Source of the DNA: Nymphaea colorata
Lineage: Eukaryota
Direction of reading: 5' to 3'
NCBI RefSeq assembly: GCF_008831285.2
Contig: NC_045138.2
Span: 35,092,001-35,156,000 of the forward strand
Length of the DNA stretch: 64,000 nucleotides
Shown here: piece by piece, positions 53,061-64,000 of the stretch
Position numbering within the stretch: the stretch's first letter is position 1
Layout of the letters: each line of letters starts with the position of its first letter
Notes under the pieces: model-generated
Seen by the model: only the letters and a program-made list of their open reading frames with translations
What the model was told of the DNA's origin: nothing
Database searches by the model: none
Made by a program: the position numbers and the translations under genes

Positions 53061-56000
53061 CTATATATTACTTTCATTCCCTTGAAGAACTAGAAATTAC
53101 TTGTCAATTGATGGTAGGACATTTTCAGGGAATTTATTGTTGAGATGCAAGTAGGAACAGTAAGAAATAAATTCATTCAAACTATTGTATCTTATCAAGT
53201 TACCAGTGGATTCCTATTCATACGAACGGTAAGAAATGCTTCAAGCACGTTGATGGTTGCATAGATAAACTATGGGGTCATAAGACTCATCCTGTTTGCT
53301 TGGCCTTTTCACATTAATAGGTAAGTTCCCCGTCCCTAAATTTTATTTTTCATTGTTAATTTTTAAGGTGATAAATTACTTAAAAATTCATCTTAATAAA
53401 ATAATAATTATGCTACATATAAATAATTTTTTTTTTTTTAAAAAAAATGACATACGACAGTATGAAATCGGGCCATATAATTGAATAAAAAATATTTTTA
53501 CTTAGATAATAAGTTATAAAGTTCCCTTTATATAAATAGGGCATTGTTGTAAACCAACTTACATTCTTTCTTTCATTTCCTTTATATAGTTTAAACAAAC
53601 ATAATTCATTTTCTTTGTATCTAAACACGCTTTTATAATTATTTGTCTTCTTTCCCTTCTTATTTCCCTCTTCGTTTCTTTTATTTTTCTTTCATTCTTT
53701 TCCATCCCTTTCTCTCATCCAAAGAGGGTGTAAGAGAAGAGAGTGGAGAGATGCAATGGAAGTGAAGAGGAAGGAGAGGAGAGTGGTGGTAGGAAGAAAT
53801 GAGGAGTTGGGGAAAGAACGACGGTGGGGAAGCAGAGGAGAAATAGAAGATTGGCATAAGAGTAGAGGAACGGGCGTCAGCTTGTGGCGAAAGATGATCT
53901 CGCCTTGGATGGCGTTATATTGGAGCAGTGGTGGAGCCAGAAATTAAACTTGTTGAAAGGCACTCTTAAGTTTAAATTTCAAACTTTAAAGAACATTCAT
54001 ATGTAAAAATTGAAAATTAATGAAGTTTTTATATGTAAATAAAGTAAATTCAGTAAGGTCATTGTATTAGAGGGTGCCAAGCTTTGGGTTTACGGTGTTA
54101 TTTAAATCCTATCGTCCTTTATGCCAATGGCGTTCTTGCTGAAAGAGTAGGCGTAAGTCGACGAGTCGCTGGCAGTTGGACTCCCTGAGAGCTGATATAA
54201 AAGCCAACGACTTAAGCAAATTCTTCAGCACATACTGGATACGGCCTTGCGTCTTTAGTTAGAGATACCATTGAAATTATGAAGAACCAACCTTGTGTCG
54301 CTGCGTGAGCGCCCTAACTTTTCGCTGTCAGACAAATAACAAACGTAGTGGCAGAAAAAGCGGATTTTATGCACTCGCTTTTTAAAAGCAAATAGTCGTG
54401 TGGGGGCGTGTCTTGTTGTCCACTTTTCCTCTTCCTACCTTTTTCCATTCCCGGAAGCACGTCTATCCCACAAAATTCGTCTTCAAAGGTCAATGATTGT
54501 TAAAGCGAAGCGAATAGCTGTTGTTGTTTTTCCTTCTCCCCTTTCCTTCTTCCTGCCTTTTCCTGAAAGCACCCGCCCCCCGTCTTCAGGCTCCATGTCA
54601 TATGTGAGTTGTTCCTCTTGGATGAGATGACAAGGAAACAATATCAGCCTTGGGGTGGGAATGGTAACGTAATTTATATGATGTATGTGAGCCATTCCTT
54701 TCCGGTTTTGTTCGGAGGAAAAAAAAAAACTCTGTAATTCTCTTGGCCTTGTTTTTGGTGTCACGTGGGCTGGAAACTCTCCCATTGTATTTGTGTCTGT
54801 GTGGCTGCGGGGCGCTGAAGCAGTGAGAGAGAGTTGGGTCCCACACCACCACAGATCTTTCTTTTTTATCTCTTCAACGCCATGTCACCGAGAGTCTCCC
54901 CTTCCCTCCTCTGCGAACGAACGAACAAACACGTGGTCATTTCCACCTCCGACTAACGCCCGCCGTTCCGATGAATTATTTTAGTCTACCCATCAATTAT
55001 TCAAGTACGTGTGGGCATTCTTTCCAGTAGATTATCTATTCCAGCTTTTTGAGTTGACAGTTTTTTGCAACTTTGGTACTTTACATAGCAATTTTGATCC
55101 GTAAATGAAATAGCCGACACCAATGCACGCAAGTGATTTTGAACCAGTTTCTTGTAGTTTTTAAAAGTTAACGGTCATGTTTTTCACGCTCACAAAAATC
55201 TGATCTGATTTTAGTTCCTACATTTTTTTTATATAGTTTACATTCATTTATACAATCAAAGAACTTGAAAGAACGAGAAGCACATATACTATGAAGAACT
55301 CTTGAGGACCGCGCTAGGTGAACCAAATTACATTCTTTATCTGCACCGTTTGGCCCCCATCATTGCAAAACTCAAAAGACAGCGATGCTTTCCTTGGCTA
55401 GGAAGAATGTTACGTTTGGTGCACATGACATCTCCCATCCCACGATATGCAACGCAACTTCGTCATCGATCATCGGCTCTTGACATCAATCCATCTGCTG
55501 CGCCCGTGCAAAATCGTAGAAAATTTCTTCTTCCTAATGGGCCTGAGGAGACTGCTTCAGCCAATCAGAATGAGAGGAAGATTGCCAATTCAAGGCCAAC
55601 CACAAGTTCAAATAATTTTCCATCACCCACCTCCTATATATTGAGCTTCCCGATCGAGCTATACATTAAAATCAGTTGAATTCCTCATCCCCCCTCCAAC
55701 CGCGGGAATAAATACATATGACCTTTAGAACATAGCCACATGGACGTGTGGCGTTCATACTCTAGTTGCTTCAACGATAACCACAAATCCCTTTTCCAAG
55801 CGGTCCCACTCCAACCGCGAGCTAGCAATGCTCCACTCGTTTCTTTGATACCACTGATCGCCAGGCTACCCACTTCCACTAGTTTGCACATACTTTGGCC
55901 GCTTGCCCCATAAATAAGATGAGGCTTAAAATGATATACGACGTTGGAACTTGTGGTTCTTCCAGGATCTAATCGACGAGGCATCAAACTGCAATAGTAA

Positions 56001-56891
56001 ATATTTTTTAAAAAACATTATTTAGAGAGGCGCTGGGCTTACATAAATGTGCATCTACTCTACCCCTTGGTACTTGTTCATTGTGATAGGCAACCCTTGC
56101 CATCTATCCTTCCATACATACCTCTTGGTTTTGGGTATCCCAGTCTACCAGTTTTATGGTTAGAGAGATTATATTAATCTATCTAACTAACCACCCACCT
56201 ATGTGGTATGTGCATGGCTCCCGCACAAAACCCGAGAGAAGAATCTCATAACGAATTATTGAGCTTATATTCTAGGGTACTGCTAGTCAGTCTTATGAGA
56301 AAGCTAGCTTGACACCCGTGCGGGTTGATCGCAAATACACGATTCACCGATACTACTCAGTCTGCAAATGATAGAGCTTTAGAAGCCAACGAGTCAAACC
56401 AACTTTGAGTTTCGGAGGGAAAGCATTACACTTGGATGGTTGAAGAATACCAACAGCACTAAATATCCCAGGGGGGGAGACGCTTCTTTCACCCACAAAA
56501 ATCCATCACTGTTGACCTTAAAGTTAATTATAAGGAGCACTTTTCTTACCGACCGTCATACCCCTAGCTTCTTCCGGTGAACATACCCCTAGCTTCTTCA
56601 AATTCGAAGATTATAAATGGAAAAATCAGTTAACCTTGTCCTGTACAAAAATAAAGCATGTGTTGCGTACAAGCGCTGACTCCATGAAATTAAAGCTTAA
56701 AATTGAAGCAAGGGATGAGGTCACTAGTTGCTTGACCAAGGACGCTCGGTTGCCCTGAGAGCCCTTCCATTACAATCATGAAGAGGCATGGGGGAGATCG
56801 AGTGGGTCACAGCGCAAGATTTCTTACATGACATTGCAAGGACTAATTATAGGACTAAAATATTTTCCTCTTCGGATCCCCTTCACATAAA

Positions 56892-57286
56892 AGGGGTGTT
56901 TGATGAGGCTGAAATTATATAAATTCTAGAATTAAAATTCTTATCTTTTTTTAAGAAATAGGAATTGCGTTCTTAAACAACAGATTTTGATTCTGGAATT
57001 ATAGGCTCGTTCTTGAATTGAATCAAAATTTTGGAATTATAATTCTACCACAGCCGGTCAAATTAAGATTCTAAAATATTTGAATTTTTTCATCTCTTTT
57101 TAGGGCACATGTCATGATGGCTTTTACTTATCAATTTTAAAATTTTCATTCATGTCTTATCAAATGCATCGTTTTCAATTATGGAATCAAAACTCCAAAC
57201 TATAATCACAAAGGAAAGCTAGAACCGTTTTCATTCTAAATTCTAATTTTTTTTAGAATAAAAATTTAAGGCCATCAAACACCCCC
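56892..57286. mobile_element. Tourist-like MITE (~395 bp)
   Basis: TIRs GGGGTGTTTGATG and CATCAAACACCCCC; AT-rich interior; TAA at the right flank, left TSD imperfect. Confidence 0.75.
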
Positions 57287-59562
57287 TAATGGAATTGTGT
57301 GTGGAGGATATACTGACCATCCTCCCTACCCCCTCCGCTACCCCCCAAATACAAGAAGGCTTATATTCTCGCCCACAATAGGTTGTGTGGTTGCAGGTAA
57401 GATGCACCATATATAATTAATCACTGTTGTAGATCTATACCGGTGTTTTTTTTTTTTTTTGAATTGCATGGAGAGAAAACAAAAAGGGGCAGTCCAAGCA
57501 CTGCCCAAAATTTCAAAAAATTTTACACCAAATATTGAAATACGAATTTCTTGTACATTCTTTGCATGCTCTTGCTACTTGGCTTCCAAAATCATTTAGG
57601 TAAAAGAAAACCTATCGATGGGAGCTATAAATGCATCTTTCCCCTCTCTTAAGTACTAAGAGCATGCTTTAAAAAACTGATTGGCGTGATTAGCCATTCT
57701 GGGAATAACAGCGCAAGTAATAATACTTACCTCTTGGTTCGACAATTTGTAAATGAAATTTCGAAGAATAAACAGGCAGCTGAATAACCAGACACTAAAT
57801 TTTACGATGAACCTATCGCCAGACTGGCTGCCATAACATCCATTAAAACAAATGAGATAATAAACAGACAATACCCCCCAAAAAAAATCTCCCTGTTCTC
57901 AAAATAAGCTAAATGAACTACAAGGAAACAAAGAGCAGTGACACAAATTTAATAGATTATAACAACATTCGGGAAACACTGTAGGAGTCAATTTGAATTT
58001 GGCAATTATATCATAACCTAATATGCACCTTACAACCATACAAAAGTAAAAGGGTATATGCTTCTTCAAGAAAGCCTAGCTTATAAGTGTCCATCACCTT
58101 ATATTTAATAAGAAATCTAAAAATAATTGTAAGAACATACCCTTCAAGCACAAGATGTGGCGGAAAAGGATGATAGAACATAAGCATATTTTTAGAGTAT
58201 TGGAAATAGAAGACTTTAAAATTCTGAAATTTATAGAAATTGGAAAACCTTACAGTGAAAGCCATTAAATGTCAGGTAAAAACCCATTTTTAGATGGCAT
58301 ATTCAATGTGACTGAACGAATAGATAGACAAAATTTTGTTTCAATTTCTAAAGAGAAATGAACAATACGAAGTTTAGGCTAACCGACAAATTTATCTTCA
58401 CTAATTGTGATTTTTATGATCAAATTGCCAAGAAGGGTTACGAAATTATTCGAAATAACCTCCTGGAAGCAATATAACATGGCTCCTTCATAAATCACAA
58501 CTCTTGGACATACATAGTTCCTTTGATGTCCTATTTAACATGTGTATATATGGACCGAATACATGTGAATTCCTAAGAACCTCATTCCACGAAATAGAAT
58601 TGGATTTTTGCTGCCAAATTTCTCTCTCCATTGTTGCATAGTATTACAAGGAACGATGAAGGTTATTCATTTCCATAAAAGAACTAGATATCAGCTTGAT
58701 CACGCTCTTGTAATTGGAGCAGTGTAATTTCCAATTCAATGTTCACCTTAACCCTTTCCAACAATGTGGTTGATGAATCTAGCATTTCACTGTATGTATA
58801 TCAGATATTGCCTTGAGTATGGGCGGTAGGTACTCCGAATGTCCTTGTGCACCAAACTACTGCAAGAGCATTTTCTGCCATGGTCATCGACCCGCGATAA
58901 GAACCGTGGCGGATACTGACACGACTTCCCACCTCACCACCCAAGCCTTTATCCTTAGACATTTATGCTTAGTTATATATTTATGGGAACCTTTTCAGGG
59001 CATCTTTTTTTCATGCGATAAACTTTGGCCAATAGAGAGAATGAGGCCGTCTGTCGCGTCCGTCTCTTGCCATCACGGGGACGAAGGAAGTAATGACATT
59101 GGAGAGCACTCCGCCTCGGACGCCCTGACGAAGCTTGGCAACTTTGTGTCGTGAAACCCCGAAGATTTTGGGGACAACCTTGTGTCTGGCGATGCTCTCT
59201 GCCTCCGTTACAGGCCTTCCCCTGCCTCGGCTTGCCTGTTGTGAGCTCAATTCCGAACCTGCAACTAAGCAGATCAGCTATTCTTTGTATGTACATCTGT
59301 ACTTCATGTCCCCAATTCCCAGGATTTTCCAAGCAACTTTAGAATAGCGAGAATGCCTCAGAGGCTTAAGCACAATCTCAATCTCCTTCTTCTATATGTG
59401 TCCACATGACGAATCAAGATTTCTAGGTCCCAACCACCTGCACCTCATAATTTCTGACTAGGATATTTGAACCTTAAGGGATTATTTCACATCATAACTT
59501 TTGCCTTGAAGGTTTGGCCCTTTTACACAACTAATCTGATCTCTTAGTGGTTTCCTTTCTAC

Positions 59563-59837
59563 TAAGGCTGCACACGAGCCCAGTCGAGCTCAAGCTCGCC
59601 CAGCTCGAGCTCGACTTGGCTCGAAATGCTCGAACTCGAACTCGAACTCGAACTCGAACTCGAGTCGAGTTCCTAACACGAGCTCGAGCTGGACTCGACT
59701 ATACATAGTCGAGCTCGAGCTCGGCTCGTCTAACTCATGTAAATTTAAGAATTAAACCAATAGTCGAGCTCGACTCGTTTAACTCGTTTAGTTTAAGAAT
59801 TAAACCAAGTCGAGCTTGACTCGTTTAACTCGTTTAC
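59563..59837. repeat. hAT-type terminus: TIR-like TAAGGCTGCACACGAGC plus dense CTCGAG/CTCGAA/GAGCTC subterminal repeats
   Basis: Many copies of (A/G)CTCGA in both orientations, typical of plant hAT subterminal regions. Confidence 0.8.
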
Positions 59838-60364
59838 AGTGAATCAAACCAATTGCGGGACCAGTAAGTCAATTAGAGGCGCCAAGGTTTCTTTAGGGAG
59901 AGAGAAAGAGAGATGGAAAGTTCGGGTAATGATAACCCAAAAAGGTCAATCATTTAGAGTCCAGCACTTCAACAAACCCTCCTGCAGTTTGCACGTTACA
60001 AGATTGGAGACAGTCCTCTGTTATTTGCTAAATAGTAACTTTTGACACGAATATAGCACCAAGAGATCTATAATTCTTCAGTAGCATGCCTGATGAAAAT
60101 AGCATGTTGTGGAAGACTCTACATTGCAAAAAGGACCCAGTCTGTTCCCATGCCAAAACTCAATTCATCCAATTCATCAGCTAGAAATCAATTGGAACAA
60201 CGAAGGACCTGCAAATGGCCATAGAAATTCCTTCACAAGAATGAAATGACTCTTCCATGCACTCCTCAGGTCAGCAAGTTATCCACAGAGGTGGACAGAA
60301 GACAGCTGCTGCGTTATGACCCGTAATGCCCAGATGAGAAAAAGACGACAAGCACCATAGAGCT

Positions 60365-61793
60365 CTAGTGTCTGTGAGAATGTTTTCTGCTGCTAAAATG
60401 ACTATTCCCCTTCTCTCTACTTCGTCTATGGATAATTCTCAAAATTACAGTAATAACACCAGTGGAAGCCATTGCGTAGCAACCTTGGTATGGTGCCAAT
60501 TGAAGAGCAGAAAAATAACAGTAGTAACCAGCAAGAAAGTAAAAAAAGTTCAACCCAACTTCTCTCCCATGCATGCCAGGTAATGGGAACAAAGGAATGT
60601 TATGCTCTGGCTTCCAACCACAAAGACCATGGAGCATGACTCCAACTGAAAGTGCCGAATCAATGAACCATGGGAAGCTTTGGCCCATCCCAATTCTCTG
60701 AAAGACAACAGCTAACATGATTAAAGTTTACCAAAACATAATCACCATAAGTAACTATTTCTAGAACCAATTTATCAGCCCTACATACCTGATAAATAGG
60801 CCATTTCGAGGATATATGGAACCATTTCGAGGAAATAGGCCAAAGTGGGCAATTAAAGGAATACCTACAAAGGGCCATATGACAATTTGAAGCATGAGAA
60901 AGAAGCATCACAATCAGCCCAAGGGCAGGATGAACAAAGCAGACCAGTGGAACTGTAACTAGTGCTACAACAGCAGTTGGGTTTCTTTGTATCATGCAAA
61001 CCACCTATTGAAAAGTTAGAAATAAGAGAAAGATGGGTTACATTTACCATACCCAGCAATGATACAGGTACCTTCCTGAAAACTGCACAAGTAAATGTAA
61101 TTGCAATGGAAGCCCATGAATTATCTACTTTAGTGAATATGGAACCAGTGGCATAGACTTATTCTTAACTAGTATAGTGTAAAAGCAGATTTTCCCATTA
61201 GAGAATAGCAACTTTTTGTAAAAGATTATTGAAGTCCTATCTGTAACTATTACAACTTTAAATCAAATTGAAGCGTTTGGCAACACTACTTTCAACACAG
61301 ATACTATAACAAACCATTTTTATCCGTTCAGATCTACATAAATTTTTTATAAAGGAGTGAGTATTATCTTTTTAACAAAACTGCAAAGACAGCTAAATGT
61401 ATTTCAAGACAATTGGGTGTCAAACAATTTACAGGAAAACATAGAAGACATGGCCATCAACTTACGTCCACATGTTCATTTGTGTGCTCAAACACTCGTG
61501 GCCCATGTCATTTTAGTGGATGTGATGAAAGTAGATACCAGTGTATATCAAACACAGAGTTACTACCTGATGAGTTACATCAAACAGGAAAGTAAAAAAA
61601 TCAATATCACTAGCAAATGAAGACAATACCATCAGCAAGATAGTGGTTTTATCAGATCCTGCATTTGATCCCCACATTGCAGGTGATGAATCTACTATAA
61701 CAGTGTCAAGATACAAGTTTGGAATAATATGCAAACCAGATGTGGGGTCCCAAGCAAGTGCTACCGGTGGAAAGCAACGCAGTTTGCAGAGGC
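60365..61793 (-). pseudogene. Fragments of a PGAP1-like (GPI inositol-deacylase, At3g27325-type) gene; exons 61793-61630, 61075-60865, 60697-60365
   Basis: GLCKLRCFPPVALAWDPTSGLHIIPNL..VDSSPAMW..KTTILLM; NPTAVVALVTVPLVCFVHPALGL..HMALC (frameshifted); RIGMGQSFPWFIDSAL..LAPY..RKHSHRH*. Each is AG/GT-bounded; intervening exons appear to be missing. Confidence 0.75.
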
Positions 61794-62121
61794 CTGAAAT
61801 AAAGATCAAAGCTCTTGGTAAACAACTTATATCATCAGTAACATAAGCATGGTCAACTGTTCAATAATATTAAAATTTTGAAGAGACATGCTTGAGGAAT
61901 AAAATACAGACACTAATGCTACAAGCCAAAGTTGAGAAACCTTATATATATTCATTAAAGAAAACAACAAGAAAAAAAACAAGCATTACCGAGAGGCAAC
62001 TTGAATCATTCTAATGATATATATTCACTTGATTCTTCCTCAACCTGAAAGAAATACATATAGTCAATTGACAAATGATTCACAAAATATTTAATGAATA
62101 CAATTTCTTCAAAACATACTT

Positions 62122-64000
62122 ACTTTTGTTAAAACTTCATGCATTGGATCACCATCATTCTTTACCCAATTACCCAAACAAACCAAAGCTTCAACTGTGT
62201 TGGGCATCAATGAACTACGACTATCACTAACAATTCGACCTCATGTACTAAAAGCCTTTTTTGAAGCAACAGAAGTTATTGGAATTGACAACAGATCACG
62301 TGCCATTTGTGAAAGAATTCGATACTTAGATTCCTTATCCTTCCACCATTGCAAAATATTGAAAGAATCTTCATCATCATTATCATCATGCTTAATCAAT
62401 CCGTCCTCCAAATATGTGTCTATCTCAGATTTGGTGACCTGAAAAGCAACATTCTCAGCTTTACCTAAGAACTTAAAAAATAGCTTTCTTCCACCACGTG
62501 GTGTGTCTCGACTCTCTCGACCTTGAATCCTAGAGGAATTAGTTGATGCAGTAGAAATATTGACATTCACTTCATTTCTTTGAATGTAACTTTCATAAAT
62601 ATCTTGTAAAGATTGTTTTATCGTTTGTATTTGTTCTTCCCTTTCTTCTCTTGACTGGTAAATTCTTGAAAAGACAAATTCTGATAATGTGAGTTTCACG
62701 CGTGGATCTAATATGGATGCAATAATCATTAACAAGTTACAGGGTTTCCAATATTTATCAAATTTGTCCTTCATTTTCACTGTCATTGCCTTCATAAATC
62801 CACCTTCATTTGCAACCATTTCCTGCAATATTTCTTGAATTCTCCAAATTTCAAGAAAATACAAGTTTGCTGTTGCATAAGATGACCCAGAAAATAAGGT
62901 GGACACATCATAGAAAACTTGCAGAAAATCACATATCACTGCTATTTTTTCTCAATCCTCAGGTCCAAGCAACCATACCATGCCTGGGTCTTCCATACTA
63001 TATCTTGCAAAAGCATCTTTATATGCAAGAACTGTTTCCAACATAAAATATGTTGAATTACATCGAGTTTGTACATCTAACACTAACTTCTTTGTCGTTG
63101 AAATTTTCAACTCTTTTGGTGCACCTGCAAAACCATTGAGTCTTGAAGGTGAAACTTTGATATATTTTACTGCATCTCTAATGCTAATGATTTTATCTTT
63201 AATGGCACTCAACCCATCTTGTACCATCAGATTCAAAATATGTGCACAACATCGCACATGAAAAAATTTACCACCATAATACAAGTTGATGCCGCTTTTT
63301 TCCATGTTCTCTTTCAGTTTTTTGACAAGAACATCATTTGATGAAGCGTTGTCAACTGTAATAGATATTATTTTCTTTTTAATCTCCCACTATGCAAGAT
63401 GCTTAGCAATTACATTTGCTAAAACTAGCCCAGTATGAGGAGGCACAACTTCGGTAAAGTTGATGATACGTGTTTGCATATTCCACTCTTTATCAATGAA
63501 ATGTGTTGTTAATGCCATATATCCAAGTTGTTGGTTTGATGTCCACATATTTGTAGTCAAAGCAATCTTATCTACACCTTTGAAGAGAAGAAGCAATTTC
63601 TTTTTTTCATCTTCATATAATTTCATGACATCTCGCTTAACTGTCGATCTTGAAACTGACACCCAATTAGGAAAACCAAGCCTAAGAAGGAACCTAAACC
63701 AACAATTATCCACTATGGAAAAAGCATGTTCTCCTGTTGCCACTAGTTTTGCAACTATCTCTCTTATTGTTTGTGCATCAATGTTGGAACCCATTTCCAT
63801 AAGCTTCTTCGTGACATCTGAAGTATTCCTAGATTTAAAACTTAAAATCGTTTGCTTTTTGTTAGCAAAATGTGTCAAACATTTGTGTCTTCTCATTGAT
63901 GATGTAGATCTTCCTGCACTTATCGAAAACATTGTACTGCAATACTTACATTTTCCTTTTTTGATACCATTTACATTGACCTCGTCAAAATAATTCCATA
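62122..64000 (-). pseudogene. hAT transposase with BED zinc finger and C-terminal dimerisation domain, inactivated
   Basis: CKYC..MRRH (BED); LTTNMWTS; TVDNASSND; HVRCCAHILNL; LDVQTRCNSTY; LDPRVK; ILQWWK..LSQMARDLLSIPITSVASKKAFS. In-frame stops at ~63391, 62953 and 62242. Confidence 0.93.

Larger units (their letters stand above)
51799..53730. mobile_element. Non-autonomous PIF/Harbinger-type element (1.9 kb)
   Basis: TIRs CACCCTATTTGGATG.. and ..CATCCAAAGAGGGTG; TSD TAA at 51796-51798 and 53731-53733; it interrupts a GA-rich tract. Confidence 0.8.
59563..64000 (-). mobile_element. hAT (Ac/Tam3-like) DNA transposon extending beyond the window
   Basis: Terminus at 59563 plus transposase at ~62120-64000, with no other terminus visible between them. 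Linking the two is an inference. Confidence 0.7.

Noticed and set aside
55280..55990. Possible gypsy 3' end (PPT-like GGAGGGGGA plus LTR) on the minus strand
   Set aside because: Too degenerate; no partner LTR or convincing protein motif.
63460..63993. 177-aa plus-strand ORF
   Set aside because: Antisense shadow of the hAT transposase.

Overview
Plant (angiosperm) nuclear DNA, rich in transposons and poor in genes. Two genes look intact, both on the minus strand: a 3-exon R2R3-MYB of the MYB105/MYB117 (LOF/CSA) type at 18631-20207 and a 2-exon CYCLING DOF FACTOR at 45664-48082 with an in-frame 38-aa uORF. Seven decayed host-gene fragments are recognisable: kinesin-7, fasciclin-like AGP, glycolate/2-hydroxy-acid oxidase, fatty acyl-CoA reductase, laccase, a P-class PPR gene and a PGAP1-like gene. 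Mobile elements include a structurally complete Ty1/copia (TSD CTCAA), a 2-kb non-autonomous LTR element (TSD GGGAT), a PIF/Harbinger element carrying a LINE fragment (TSD TAA), MITE, CACTA and LINE remnants, and a hAT element running off the window end that seems to carry captured PGAP1-like exons. A 3.5-kb direct duplication flanking the 100-N gap is probably an assembly artefact. The most interesting signal is apparent transposon-mediated gene-fragment capture. All family assignments come from motif recognition by eye, with no database search.
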